Positions 18,581 through 27,195 of a stretch of 39,464 nucleotides of DNA are shown one piece after another (position 1 is the stretch's first letter; each line of letters opens with the position of its first letter). The position numbers and the translations under genes are program-made. Origin of the DNA: Deinococcales bacterium (GTDB lineage Bacteria; Deinococcota; Deinococci; Deinococcales; JAAFIG01). The DNA lies in assembly GCA_043778225.1 (NCBI GenBank), contig JAYWGM010000020.1, forward strand, positions 1-39,464, in the 5' to 3' direction. The notes beneath the pieces are model-generated. The model saw only the letters and a program-made list of their open reading frames with translations. It was not told the DNA's origin and ran no database searches.

Positions 18581-18958
18581 TTACTTGGCAAAGCGTTGAA
18601 TCGCATAACTTGTGCCATCGCACTTAACCATCACTTCGCCTGTGCCTTTAGCGGCAATCGAACAGCCCAAATAACGTAAAGCAGTTGGTGGAATCAGCAG
18701 ACCACGCACATCCACTTTGACCCCACGGTCAAGCGTGACTTTACGTGTTCCAACCAACGCCAACCTCGAGCCGGGGGTAACGGTCAAACGTCTGGCTTTG
18801 TCGTCCTCGCGCCCGATGGTGTATGTGCCGTTGCCATTGTCGGAAATGACATTGGCAAATCGGGTCGCAAATTCTCGAGCGCGAACATAACCATCTAAAC
18901 CTGAAGCAAAACTCGAGACCGAAAACAGCAACACCAGCAATACACCTAGTCTTTTCAT
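18581..18958 (-). CDS. Hypothetical secreted protein
   Basis: Signal peptide MKRLGVLLVLLFSVSSFA; leaderless-type -10 element. Confidence 0.65.
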   Translation of the reverse strand: MKRLGVLLVLLFSVSSFASGLDGYVRAREFATRFANVISDNGNGTYTIGREDDKARRLTVTPGSRLALVGTRKVTLDRGVKVDVRGLLIPPTALRYLGCSIAAKGTGEVMVKCDGTSYAIQRFAK

Positions 18959-18993
18959 GGCATCAGCCTAGCACTACAGGCTAGAATCTGAGT

Positions 18994-19755
18994 GTGATTT
19001 ATAAACGCATCATTCCCTGCCTCGACATAGACCGAGGAAAAGTGACTCGAGGGGTGCAGTACCAAAACGTCCGTGATGTTGGCGACCCGCTTGAGCTTTG
19101 TCGGCGCTACGATGCCCAGTTGGCAGATGAACTGGTTTTTTACGACATCACCGCCAGTTCAGACGGGCGTGGACTGATTTACGAGACCCTGACCCAAGTT
19201 GCCGAGAGTATTTTTATGCCCTTAACAGTTGGCGGCGGCGTAACAACGCTCGAGGATTTTAGGAAGCTGACCTTGGCGGGTGCAGATAAGGTCAGCATAG
19301 ACACAGGCGCAGTCAAAAACCCAGATTTAATTCGGGCTGCTTCTGAGCATTTTGGCAGCCAATGTGTGGTGTTAAGTATGCAGGTCAAACGCCGTAGCAA
19401 CGGTCAAGGCTGGGAAACCTTTATTAAGGGCGGACGTGAACCGACGGGTTTGGATGCCCTCGAGTGGGCGGCTCGAGCGCAAGCCCTAGGTGCTGGCGAG
19501 ATTGTCTTAAACAGCATAGATGGTGATGGCACAAAAAAAGGTTACGACCTCGAGTTGTGCGCTGCTGTCAAAGCCGAGGTGGATGTGCCAATTGTGGCAA
19601 GCGGCGGCGCGGGAACACTCGAGGATTTCTATAGTGTGTTGACTGTTGGTAAAGCTGATGCTGCGCTGGCTGCCAGCGTGTTTCATTTTGGAACATACAC
19701 GGTGCGAGAAGTGAAGGCGTATTTGGCATCTCGAGATGTACCCGTTAGATTGTAA
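18994..19755 (+). CDS. hisF: Imidazole glycerol phosphate synthase cyclase subunit
   Basis: [53 protein letters not shown]. Confidence 0.97.
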   Translation: MIYKRIIPCLDIDRGKVTRGVQYQNVRDVGDPLELCRRYDAQLADELVFYDITASSDGRGLIYETLTQVAESIFMPLTVGGGVTTLEDFRKLTLAGADKVSIDTGAVKNPDLIRAASEHFGSQCVVLSMQVKRRSNGQGWETFIKGGREPTGLDALEWAARAQALGAGEIVLNSIDGDGTKKGYDLELCAAVKAEVDVPIVASGGAGTLEDFYSVLTVGKADAALAASVFHFGTYTVREVKAYLASRDVPVRL

Positions 19756-19756
19756 A

Positions 19757-19782
19757 CCGTAGGGGCGGGGCTTGCCTCGCCC
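19757..19782 (+). repeat. GTAG-type REP-like palindrome
   Basis: CCGTAG + GGGCGGGGC-TT-GCCTCGCCC immediately after the hisF stop. Confidence 0.55.
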
Positions 19783-19805
19783 AACCTGCCCAAGCCGAGG
19801 TGCTT

Positions 19806-20465
19806 ATGCCCAAAGATATTACTGTTCCTTTTTCGATTACCTCCATTACCTTCGACTCGAGCGGACTTGTACCCGTTATCGCCCAAGAAGCTGGCTCTGG
19901 TCGTGTCCTGATGCTTGCCTATGCCAACCGCGAAGCGCTCGAGCTAACCCTCGAGACCAAACGCGGCACATATTTCTCGAGGTCGCGCAATGCCATTTGG
20001 GTCAAGGGTGAAGAATCTGGTCACACCCAAAAAGTCTTGGCAGTCACGCTCGATTGCGACGGTGATGCGGTGCTGTACACGGTCGAGCAAACTGGCGAGG
20101 CTTGCCATAAACCAAATCAGCACTCGTGCTTTCATAACCCTCTTGAGGGTGAACTGCCGAATTCCTCGAGTTTTGGTAGCATCACCGCCGAAGTATACGC
20201 CACGATTTTAGACCGCATTCAAAACCCAACTGAAAGCAGTTACGTCTCGAGACTTCACGCTCAGGGCTTAGACCGAATTCTCAAAAAAATTGGCGAGGAA
20301 GCTGGCGAGGTGATTATTGCCGCCAAAAACCGCGATAAAGCCGAATTGACGCTCGAGGCTTCGGATTTGTTGTTTCATACGATGTGGGTTATGGCAGAAG
20401 TTGGTGTGACTTTAGATGATGTGAAAAACGAACTCGAGCAGCGACACGCTCCAAAAAAGTCTTAA
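19806..20465 (+). CDS. hisIE: Bifunctional phosphoribosyl-AMP cyclohydrolase / phosphoribosyl-ATP pyrophosphatase
   Basis: [22 protein letters not shown]...[30 protein letters not shown] 19806 after GAGGTG. Confidence 0.96.
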   Translation: MPKDITVPFSITSITFDSSGLVPVIAQEAGSGRVLMLAYANREALELTLETKRGTYFSRSRNAIWVKGEESGHTQKVLAVTLDCDGDAVLYTVEQTGEACHKPNQHSCFHNPLEGELPNSSSFGSITAEVYATILDRIQNPTESSYVSRLHAQGLDRILKKIGEEAGEVIIAAKNRDKAELTLEASDLLFHTMWVMAEVGVTLDDVKNELEQRHAPKKS

Positions 20466-20971
20466 TGCTCGAGCTTCTTGGCAATTGCAGAAATCATGGC
20501 GAGGTGATGGTCGTCGTGTTCGGCAACAAAGTACATTGTGTCGAGAATACTCATGGGTGTGTTTAATCTTGGGTGCAACGCGGTTTTGCCATAATCTGAC
20601 GGCTCGAGTGTTTCGAGTTTAGTTACAAATGCGCTTCGGGCTTTTCGGAAATGCTCGAGTAAACCCTGTATCGGTTGGGCGTTGTGGTTGGCTTGGTCAG
20701 TGGCGGCATTGGCAAGGTCGGTGGCTCGGAGTTTTTCGTGACCAAACAAAATATCCTCGAGCCGATAACTCCAGAGTGCTTCGAGGTCGAGTAAATGCCC
20801 AAGATTTTCTTGGATTGACCATTTATTCTCGAGTTTGATAATCAAGTTTTCACTTGGAATCGCATGAATGCGTTCTTCTAATCGGGCTGGTGTACCGTGC
20901 AAGCGCTCTAAAAGATTTGGGTACATCCAAGTTGGAGTATTGGTCGGGAAGCTGCGTTCAAACCAGTTCAT
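20462..20971 (-). CDS. DinB/YfiT-family protein
   Basis: [13 protein letters not shown] and [10 protein letters not shown] 20971 after GGAGG. Confidence 0.85.
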   Translation of the reverse strand: MNWFERSFPTNTPTWMYPNLLERLHGTPARLEERIHAIPSENLIIKLENKWSIQENLGHLLDLEALWSYRLEDILFGHEKLRATDLANAATDQANHNAQPIQGLLEHFRKARSAFVTKLETLEPSDYGKTALHPRLNTPMSILDTMYFVAEHDDHHLAMISAIAKKLEH

Positions 20972-20993
20972 CTGTGCCTCCGAACAAGTGTAC

Positions 20994-21716
20994 TCATGTG
21001 CGCCTCGAAACAATTTCGTGAATTAAAATGGCGGCAGCAACACTGGCATTTAAGGACTGGACTTGTCCTCGAGTTTCGATTTTTAAGAGTTCATCGCATT
21101 TTTCGCGCACAAGGCGGCGCAGCCCATCGCCTTCTGAGCCAATTATTAAGGCTATTGGGCGGTTAAAATCAAGGTTAGCGATTGTGGTTTTGGCTTCGCC
21201 GGCTGCGCCATAGACCCAAATGTTTTGTTCTTTGAGTTGGTCTATGAAGCGCGGCAGGTTTTTAATCTGCACCAGTGGCAAATGGGCGGTTGCGCCAGCA
21301 CTGGCTTTAATCACGACTGGGCTTAATGGTGCGCTGCGGCGTTCCTCAACCACCACGCCATGCGCCCCGAGGACTTCGGCACTGCGAATAATCGCGCCAA
21401 AATTGTGTGGGTCGGTAATCCCATCAAGCAGCACCAAGAGCAATTCTTCTTGGCGAGTCTTTGCCAATTCAAAACAATCCTCGAGTTCGCTCCAAACAGC
21501 ATCCTCGAGTTCCGCCACCACACCTTGGTGCTGGGTGGTTTTGACGGCTTGGTCAAGTTCGATTCTGGGGTGCCACTCCAAGCCAATATCGGCGCTTTGG
21601 CACAACATCTCGAGTTCTTTGGCAAAACTTTTTTCGACTCCATCGGCGGCATAGACTCGCAGCACTGCGCCACTTTGCAGTGCCTCGAGAACAGGGTTAC
21701 GACCATAAATCAGCAT
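20994..21716 (-). CDS. rlmB: 23S rRNA Gm2251 2'-O-methyltransferase (TrmH/SPOUT family)
   Basis: IYGRNPVLEAL, HQGVVA, LDGITDPHNFGAIIRSA, GSEGDGL, SLNASVA. Confidence 0.93.
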   Translation of the reverse strand: MLIYGRNPVLEALQSGAVLRVYAADGVEKSFAKELEMLCQSADIGLEWHPRIELDQAVKTTQHQGVVAELEDAVWSELEDCFELAKTRQEELLLVLLDGITDPHNFGAIIRSAEVLGAHGVVVEERRSAPLSPVVIKASAGATAHLPLVQIKNLPRFIDQLKEQNIWVYGAAGEAKTTIANLDFNRPIALIIGSEGDGLRRLVREKCDELLKIETRGQVQSLNASVAAAILIHEIVSRRT

Positions 21717-21717
21717 A

Positions 21718-22032
21718 TCAACCAAACAACTTGGTCAGTTGCATGGCAAAGCCCATATCGCCTTCGATTTTGAGTTTGCCGCTCATGGCTGCCATCATTG
21801 GGTTGAGTTCGCCACTCATGATTTTGGCAAAATCGCTGCTCGAGGCTTTGATTGAAATGCGTGGTGTTAAACCATGTTCGGCTGGCGCACCCGCCAGTAA
21901 ACCCGTGCCGTCGGCTCGAGCATCAAAGGTGTGGGCAACGCCATCAAATTCAAGTCCGATGACCGCGTTTAAGTCGGCTTTAATTTCTGGGGTGAGTTTT
22001 TGGCTGAGTTTCTCGAGGATGGCTTGGCTCAT
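21718..22032 (-). CDS. SCP2 sterol/lipid-binding domain protein
   Basis: SGELNPMMAAMSGKLKIEGDMGFAMQL; start ATG 22032. Confidence 0.88.
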   Translation of the reverse strand: MSQAILEKLSQKLTPEIKADLNAVIGLEFDGVAHTFDARADGTGLLAGAPAEHGLTPRISIKASSSDFAKIMSGELNPMMAAMSGKLKIEGDMGFAMQLTKLFG

Positions 22033-22045
22033 GGGTAAGAGCGTA

Positions 22046-22091
22046 AGGGAAAAAGGGAAAAAGGTCAAAGGGTAAAAAGTGAAGGTCAAAA
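22046..22091. repeat. AAAGG-type short tandem repeat tract (single arm)
   Basis: AGGGAAAAAGGGAAAAAGGTCAAAGGGTAAAAAGTGAAGGTCAAAA. Confidence 0.65.
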
Positions 22092-22121
22092 ACAGCGTGT
22101 GATGGTAGCCAATTTAACCAT

Positions 22122-22586
22122 TCAAAGTTCAGAGCCTAGCTTTGCCATTTTTAGAATGTGCTGGAAGTGCTTTTTTTCGATAGGCGTGACCGATAAGCGG
22201 TTGCCTTTACGCAGAATCAGCAGGGTCTCGAGTTCTGGTTCGGCACGCAAAGTATTGAGCTCGAGAAAGTGCAGGGCTTCTACAGGCTCGAGACAGATTT
22301 GAGACCAGCGTGGGTTCTCGAGCGGGCTTTTTGGGTCGTAATAATGGCTTTTTGGGTCAAATTGGAGTTGGTCTGGATGAGCGGTTTGGGTGATTCTGGC
22401 AACGCCAGCAATACCTGGTGGGTTGGTGCTGCTGTGATAAATCAGGGCTAAATCGCCGATTTCCATACTGCGGAGGTGATTGCGGGCGAGGTAATTACGG
22501 ATGCCATCCCATGGACTCGAGCCAAGGCGTACAAGGTCGGCATAGGAAAAAACATCGGGTTCGGTTTTTAAGAGCCAGTATTGCAC
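22122..22586 (-). CDS. EVE domain protein (Thy28-like)
   Basis: [35 protein letters not shown]...PRW, RLSVTP. Confidence 0.93.
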   Translation of the reverse strand: MQYWLLKTEPDVFSYADLVRLGSSPWDGIRNYLARNHLRSMEIGDLALIYHSSTNPPGIAGVARITQTAHPDQLQFDPKSHYYDPKSPLENPRWSQICLEPVEALHFLELNTLRAEPELETLLILRKGNRLSVTPIEKKHFQHILKMAKLGSEL

Positions 22587-22743
22587 TTGCTTAGTCTACA
22601 TGGTTGTGCTACGCTTCCAAAGCCCAAATTGGTTACCCCAGTTTGTGGTACTCGAAAGAGTGCGGATTTGCAAGGATTTGCAGATTTCGCTTCGGGCAAA
22701 TTTTTTGCCCGCCGCTTTTTATAAAAAGCGCGAAGGAGAAATT

Positions 22744-23088
22744 ATGGCAGGAGCAGCACCAGTTGTTAAGAAGCTAAAACGCAAGGAACGTAAGGTCATT
22801 AAGTCCAAGCGTCGTGGTTTAGCTCAAGAAAAGCGCCATCGTCAGAGTTTGAAACGTCGCACCGCCAACCGTGCCACCAAAAGCACGATTAAGACCTTTG
22901 TAAAAAAAGCCCTTGTTGCCAATAGTGAAGGTGCAGCCGAAGCAGCCACCTTAACCCAACGCGCCGAGAGTTTGATTGACAAAGCTGCAAAAGGTAGCGT
23001 CATGCACAAACGCACTGCGGCTCGGAAAAAAAGCCGTTTGGCAAAAGCAATTAACAAATCCAAAGCTGCCCTTCAAACGGCTGCATAA
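22744..23088 (+). CDS. rpsT: 30S ribosomal protein S20 with an extended basic N-terminus
   Basis: [51 protein letters not shown] before ATG 22744. Confidence 0.95.
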   Translation: MAGAAPVVKKLKRKERKVIKSKRRGLAQEKRHRQSLKRRTANRATKSTIKTFVKKALVANSEGAAEAATLTQRAESLIDKAAKGSVMHKRTAARKKSRLAKAINKSKAALQTAA

Positions 23089-23108
23089 GCCCACGTTATT
23101 TTCTCAAG

Positions 23109-23139
23109 ACCCAACAGTTTAGGCTGTTGGGTTTTTTTT
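23109..23139 (+). terminator. Rho-independent terminator of rpsT
   Basis: ACCCAACAG-tttagg-CTGTTGGGT followed by a T tract. Confidence 0.85.
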
Positions 23140-23200
23140 GCCCACAGGTTTTATGGGGTTTTTCGCAACGCAAATTGAAAAGCACGGTATGATGAGGTAC

Positions 23201-23229
23201 TTGACACATTTATGTTATTAACGTATTCT
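23201..23229 (+). promoter_or_regulatory. Sigma70-type promoter with an embedded RDRM-like (DdrO) operator
   Basis: TTGACA (23201-23206), 17 nt, TATTCT (23224-23229); TTATGTTATTAACGTAT at 23210-23226 fills the spacer and overlaps the -10. Confidence 0.75.
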
Positions 23230-23269
23230 TTTTGGCAGCCCAGCAGCCAGACATCATAAAGGAAACCCC

Positions 23270-24568
23270 GTGACCCAACTTAGTGCCACTCAAATCCTTG
23301 CTCTTGCCCCAGATGCTTCTTCGGCTTCAAGCGGCAAAGCCTTAAACAACACCAGCAAATGGAAAAACCTAGGCTCGAGCCAAACTGCCTTTTGGGGCGA
23401 ATGCCAAGGCAGCGGCAAAGACCCGTACCGCACCAGCGTGGATATAGCTGATTACACTGCCAAATGCAGTTGCCCAAGCCGAAAATTTCCTTGTAAACAC
23501 GGCATTGGTCTGATGCTGATGAACGCCGCCAAACCACTCGAGAGCGGTACACCGCCCGACTGGGTAAGCACTTGGCTCGAGGGCAGACAAAAACGTGCCG
23601 AAGCCAAGACCGCCCCGCAAGCCATCCCAGAAGACCTCGAGAAAGCTGCCAAGGCAACTGCCAAACGCCTCGCTTCCCGCGAGAAAAAAGTCGAAGCTGG
23701 ACTCGAGGAATTGGGCTTATGGTTATCTGACCAAATCAAAAATGGCGTGAGCAATGCACCAAGTCAGCCCTACAGTTATTGGGAATCTGTGGCAGCCCGC
23801 TTGGTGGATGCCCAAGCACCCGGACTGGCGCGAATGGTACGCGAATTGCCAGACGCAGCCGTCGGCGGCTGGCTGCTCGAGGCACTGGCACGTTTGCACT
23901 TAATTGTGAATGCCTACAGCCGACTCGAGACGTTAAGCCCAAGCATCCAAGCCGATGTCCGAGCCGCCGTTGGTTTTACCCAAGATAAAGCCGAATTGCT
24001 GCAACAAAACCCGCCCAAAGCCGTTTGGACAAGCCTTGGGCAAATAAGCGTTCAAGAGGATAATTTACGGGTTCGCCGCACTTACCTCGAGCATATAGAA
24101 AGTCGAGAAGTGGCGTTGTTGCTGGATTTTGCGATCAACAGCCAACCGATGGCGGTTGGTCTGCCAATTGGCGTGACCCTCGAGACCGAACTGATTTATT
24201 ACCCAAGCCATCTGCCTTTACGAGCGATTCTCAAACCAGATGTCAAAATCCTCGAGAACCTCAGCGAACTGCGTGGTTATAGCATTCAAACTGCCCTCGA
24301 GCAGTACGCAACAGCACTGTCAAAATGTCCGTGGCTTGAGCGTTACCCGATGTGCTTGACGGATGTGACTGTACAATTTGATGGTACAAATTGGCAAATT
24401 CAGGACTCGAGTCAGATGCTCCCGATTCAAACCGATGCTGATTGGTACATCCTCGCACTCTCAGGTGGGCATCCAGTCCAAATTTTTGGTGAATACGATG
24501 GCAAAACCTTTGTACCTTTGACCTTAGCCAGCAACGGCAGTATCTACACCCTCGCAAGGCAATCATGA
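23270..24568 (+). CDS. SWIM zinc-finger protein (YehQ/DdrT-like)
   Basis: CSCPSRKFPCKH SWIM motif, WGECQGSGKDPY, AARLVDAQAPGLA; AAAGGA RBS. Confidence 0.88.
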   Translation: MTQLSATQILALAPDASSASSGKALNNTSKWKNLGSSQTAFWGECQGSGKDPYRTSVDIADYTAKCSCPSRKFPCKHGIGLMLMNAAKPLESGTPPDWVSTWLEGRQKRAEAKTAPQAIPEDLEKAAKATAKRLASREKKVEAGLEELGLWLSDQIKNGVSNAPSQPYSYWESVAARLVDAQAPGLARMVRELPDAAVGGWLLEALARLHLIVNAYSRLETLSPSIQADVRAAVGFTQDKAELLQQNPPKAVWTSLGQISVQEDNLRVRRTYLEHIESREVALLLDFAINSQPMAVGLPIGVTLETELIYYPSHLPLRAILKPDVKILENLSELRGYSIQTALEQYATALSKCPWLERYPMCLTDVTVQFDGTNWQIQDSSQMLPIQTDADWYILALSGGHPVQIFGEYDGKTFVPLTLASNGSIYTLARQS

Positions 24569-26121
24569 ACGACCTTCGCGCCATCACCTCGAGTGCGCTC
24601 TTAGGCACTGAACGCAGCCCCTTGGGTGTTCTGGAGCATCCCCAACTTGAACAGGCACGCATAAGCCTCGAATCTCGAGGCAGTCCAGCCACCCTGCTTG
24701 GCGTGGCAATGTTGGCTTTTAACATGGCTCGAGCCGGTCAGCCAGCCAACTCGAGTCTGGGCAGTCTTGCCCCCGCCAGTCCTGATGTTCGAGCGGCAGT
24801 GCCTGAACTTGCCAGTGCGCGATTGGAACAGTTACTCGATTCACAAAAACAATTGCTGCCCGAATGGCTGGAGATGATTGCCCAAGCTGGTTATCGTCTG
24901 CCACATACAAATTTAGTGCAGTTACTCAACCAAGCCCAGCATAGCCCAGACCTCCGAGATGGCATTCGAGCCGTGCTGGACTCGAGAGGACAATGGTTAG
25001 CCAAGCAAAACCCCGCTTGGGCTTGGGCAGTCGGCGACACTGGTAGCACTGAATCGACACTCGAGACTTGGGAAACAGGTTCTAGGGCGGCTCGAGTTGT
25101 GGCATTACGCAGCCTCCGTGCCGAGCAACCAGCCCAAGCCCGAGCCTTACTCGAGGCGGTCTGGAAAAGCGAAGTTGCCGAGGAACGCAAAGCCTTTTTA
25201 GCCGAATTCGAGGCTGGCATTTCGAGTGCCGACGAACCTTTTTTGGAGTCTTGTTTAGATGACCGCAGCAAAGATGTCCGCCAAATTGCGGCTGGGTTGC
25301 TGGCAAAATTACCGAACAGTGCTTTTGTCGAACGGATGGTTGCTCGAGGCGAAAGCCTGCTGAATCGAGGTAAGAAAAAAGGCTTGATTGCGCTCAGTAC
25401 ACCCGAACTGGAAATCACCCTGCCCGAATGGAGTAGCGACCTTGGGCGCGATGGCATCGAGAAAAAAACGCCCTACTATTCTGGCGGCGACAAAGCCTAT
25501 TGGTTGGAACGGATTATCTCGAGTATCCCGATAGAAACATGGGAAATTCACTTGCGACTCGAGCCAAAAGAAATTTTGAAATTGCTGCCAAAAGACTGGC
25601 GCAACACCATCCAGACTGGTTTTGTCAATGCCATCAGCACATATCCAAACCCAACGTGGATTGAGGCATTGCTTAATTTCGACAGCAAATTTATGGAAAA
25701 CGCTGTTTTGATGAACACCCTACCGCTCGAGCAACGTGAAAAACGTGTCAGATACTTTATTTTTGCTAAGGAAAACACAAAATTTGACTGGCTTGCTTGG
25801 ATGAACCACCCGTGGAGTCTTGAATTTACTCGAGAATGTTTTGAATGGCTCGGTCAGCTTGGGCAGAAAATACTGGCTGGCAAAAACGAGTATCACAACA
25901 CCAGCCAAATTGCTTATCTTGCCAACCCAGAAATCACACTGCATTGGCACGACCCAAAACATTATCCGCACTGGACAGCCTTCCAACAAAAAACCAGTGG
26001 TTTTTTGCCAGACGAAAAAAATCGTCAGCATTATCAGGTGACCTATCACCTTGAGCAAATCAAAACCCTGACCACCACCCTCGAGACCCGCGCTGCGATG
26101 CGAAAGGAAATTTTATCATGA
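24565..26121 (+). CDS. DUF5691-like helical (HEAT-repeat-like) protein
   Basis: ALLGTER, RGQWLAKQNPAWAW, DEPFLESCLDDRSKDVRQIAAGLL; ATGA overlaps at both ends. Confidence 0.7.
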   Translation: MNDLRAITSSALLGTERSPLGVLEHPQLEQARISLESRGSPATLLGVAMLAFNMARAGQPANSSLGSLAPASPDVRAAVPELASARLEQLLDSQKQLLPEWLEMIAQAGYRLPHTNLVQLLNQAQHSPDLRDGIRAVLDSRGQWLAKQNPAWAWAVGDTGSTESTLETWETGSRAARVVALRSLRAEQPAQARALLEAVWKSEVAEERKAFLAEFEAGISSADEPFLESCLDDRSKDVRQIAAGLLAKLPNSAFVERMVARGESLLNRGKKKGLIALSTPELEITLPEWSSDLGRDGIEKKTPYYSGGDKAYWLERIISSIPIETWEIHLRLEPKEILKLLPKDWRNTIQTGFVNAISTYPNPTWIEALLNFDSKFMENAVLMNTLPLEQREKRVRYFIFAKENTKFDWLAWMNHPWSLEFTRECFEWLGQLGQKILAGKNEYHNTSQIAYLANPEITLHWHDPKHYPHWTAFQQKTSGFLPDEKNRQHYQVTYHLEQIKTLTTTLETRAAMRKEILS

Positions 26122-27194
26122 GCCAAGAACTACGCCAACACGCCGAACAAGAATTTGCCCACGAACTCGAGGCGCTGAGTCAACTCGACGATAAGCCCAA
26201 ACCGCCAAATTGGAAACTCAGCCCGTGGGCGGTAATTCAATACCTGATGGGCGGTAAGGTTGGTAAACTCGAGATAAAACCTAAGTACATTGGTAGCCAA
26301 CGCCTGATGGAAATTGCCGTCGCAACCCTCGCCACCGACCGTGCATTGTTGCTTTTGGGCGTACCCGGCACAGCCAAAAGTTGGGTCTCTGAACACCTTG
26401 CCGCTGCTATCAGTGGCGACAGCACCTTGCTGGTTCAGGGTACTGCTGGCACATCCGAAGAAGCGATTCGCTATGGCTGGAACTATGCCGAGTTACTCTC
26501 CAAAGGACCGAGTATCAAAGCAATCGTCGAAAGCCCAATTATTCGCGCCATGAAAACTGGCACAATTGCACGGCTCGAGGAACTGACCCGCATCCCAAGT
26601 GATGTTCAAGACGCACTGATTACGGTATTAAGCGAAAAAACCCTGCCGATACCCGAACTGAACACCGAAGTCCAAGCCAAAAAAGGTTTTAACATGATTG
26701 CCACTGCCAACAATAAAGACCGTGGCGTAAATGAACTCTCGAGCGCCTTAAAGCGCCGCTTTAATACCGTTATTTTACCTGTACCAGACAATATGGACGA
26801 AGAAATTCGGATTGTCCAAACAAGGGTTGCCGACCTCGGTCGCGCCCTCGAGTTACCCGCCCAAACCCCAGCGCTCGAGGAAATTCGGCGGGTGGTGCAG
26901 GTTTTTAGGGAACTGCGCGATGGCAAAACCACAGATGGCAAAACCAAACTCAAAAGCCCAAGCGGCACATTAAGCACCGCCGAAGCCATCGGGGTAATTA
27001 ACCAAGGGCTGGCATTGGCAGCCCACTTTGGCGATGGGGTACTGCGGGCGGGCGATGTCGCCTCGAGTTTAATTGGGGCGATTATTAAAGACCCCATACA
27101 AGACCGTGTGGTGATGCTTGAGTACCTCGAGACGGTGGTCAAAGAACGCGATGGTTGGAAAGATATTTACCGCGCCTGCCGCGACGTGGTGTGA
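26118..27194 (+). CDS. MoxR-type AAA+ ATPase (YehL-like)
   Basis: Walker A variant GVPGTAKS, YGWNYA, Walker B LEELTR, ATANNKDRGVNELSSALKRRFN, LSTAEAI. Confidence 0.9.
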   Translation: MSQELRQHAEQEFAHELEALSQLDDKPKPPNWKLSPWAVIQYLMGGKVGKLEIKPKYIGSQRLMEIAVATLATDRALLLLGVPGTAKSWVSEHLAAAISGDSTLLVQGTAGTSEEAIRYGWNYAELLSKGPSIKAIVESPIIRAMKTGTIARLEELTRIPSDVQDALITVLSEKTLPIPELNTEVQAKKGFNMIATANNKDRGVNELSSALKRRFNTVILPVPDNMDEEIRIVQTRVADLGRALELPAQTPALEEIRRVVQVFRELRDGKTTDGKTKLKSPSGTLSTAEAIGVINQGLALAAHFGDGVLRAGDVASSLIGAIIKDPIQDRVVMLEYLETVVKERDGWKDIYRACRDVV

Positions 27195-27195
27195 A

